Both the position numbers and the translations under genes were made by a program. Of a stretch of 64,000 bases of DNA, positions 62,995 through 64,000 are shown one piece after another (within the stretch, counting starts at the first letter, position 1; each line of letters begins with the position of its first letter). The DNA comes from Squalus acanthias (taxonomy: Eukaryota). The notes under the pieces were generated by a model. The model was not told the origin of the DNA, ran no database searches, and saw nothing but the letters and a program-made list of their open reading frames with translations. Location of the stretch: positions 148,926,001 to 148,990,000 of the forward strand of contig CM059432.1 of the NCBI GenBank assembly GCA_030390025.1. Direction: 5' to 3'.

Positions 62995-63466
62995 ATTAAA
63001 AGCTGACCATATTTATTTTATCCAGAGATCACTCAAAACTTGTTTCCAGTACTTGGAGGGGTGGCCAGGAAAGAAGATATTTTCCTTGTCAAGCTGAAGG
63101 ATGTAAGTGCTAAAAATAGAACATTTTCCCATTTTCTGCACCTGAAACCAGGTCAGGTATAGCATGTGCCAGATCTCAAGGAGATTACCAAGTACCACAC
63201 CTCAACCCTTATCTCAAAGCACATTCTACCGCAGCCATATTTACATTTCCTTCCCCAGGCAGTATTTTTTTTTTATCATGCCCAAAAACTAAGGAGGAAA
63301 TAACTCCTTGCTTGCTGCAACACCCAGTCCCTGGAACCAAACTGAGTACTGAAAAACTTGGACAGCACACTTATATTCAGAACTATTTACCCTTAGTCAC
63401 CAGTTTGATGACTGATCATTGGGCTGTGGTCTATAATGGGTTAATGCAGCTGGAATCTTCATTTAC

Positions 63467-63514
63467 CTGCATTTTTTCTTTGTCTCTCTGTAAAGTTCGA
63501 TAGGCAGTGACTAA
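63467..63514 (-). CDS. GOLGA4: GOLGA4 exon, 48 nt, LVTAYRTLQRDKEKMQ
   Basis: CAG acceptor ending at 63515, GTAAA donor from 63466, phase 0-0. Matches human LVTAYQMLQREKKKLQ. Upstream exons lie outside the window. Confidence 0.93.
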
Positions 63515-63684
63515 CTGAAAGAACAAAAATATATTTATGAAAATGCTCAACATCAAAATTCTGTTCTAAACACATACATGCCCAAATGCATGGAATAAGC
63601 AACATAATGCTACAAATAATTGAATTGTCATACACAAAGAATCCAAATGTTTACATACTTCTAAAATTCTACAGGAAACATTAA

Positions 63685-64000
63685 CAACTTGCATTTATAT
63701 TAACACTATTAACATAGCAAAAGTTCCAAGGCGCTTCACAGGAGTATTATCAGATAAAATTTGACACCAAGCCACATAAGGAAACATTGGGACAGGTGAC
63801 CAAAAACTGGGTCACGGTTTTAAGGAGCGTCTTAAAAGAAGAGAGAAAGGTAGAGAGGCGCAGAGGTTGAGGGTTCCCAATATTTAATTAGAGGAAATTT
63901 CTGCTCATCCAATACTGGATGTCGGACAATCAACGTGACAAATCACAGGTATTGGAGGGGGTTGAGAGAGGTGGTAGTGAGGTAGAACTGGGTGTCATCA
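63685..64000 (-). mobile_element. L2-like LINE 3' fragment
   Basis: Reverse-complement similarity to 28820-29715 (ccaaggcgcttcacaggag, gaggaaatttctgctcatccaatactggatgtcggacaa). Confidence 0.8.

Overview
Eukaryotic (vertebrate) genomic DNA, most likely a shark/chondrichthyan, inferred from HE1-like V-SINE, SacSINE1-like Deu-SINEs and HER1/CR1-like LINEs. The whole window lies inside one minus-strand gene, GOLGA4 (golgin-245/p230). I read 11 coding exons by hand, all with GT-AG boundaries and a continuous frame: 63467-63514, 62070-62126, 53467-53565, 51814-51967, 47868-48055, 41259-41342, 38679-38826, 23663-23841, 12238-12369, 10653-10808, and a >3.9-kb coiled-coil exon (1-3938) that runs off the left edge. 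The introns are dense with CR1, L2 and a second CR1/L2-group LINE family, SINEs, Harbinger remnants, and Harbinger-, hAT- and Tigger-type MITEs. The most striking signal is a set of short Penelope-like (PLE) pseudo-LTR insertions. Several are near-perfect palindromes with target-site duplications, and they carry minimal type I hammerhead ribozyme motifs (CUGANGA-stemII-GAAA-GC-UU). Four of these motifs are in pre-mRNA sense, and two flank a 57-nt exon. A duplicated exon end also creates a candidate new 30-nt in-frame microexon. Repeat boundaries are approximate, and family names come from motif recognition, not database searches.
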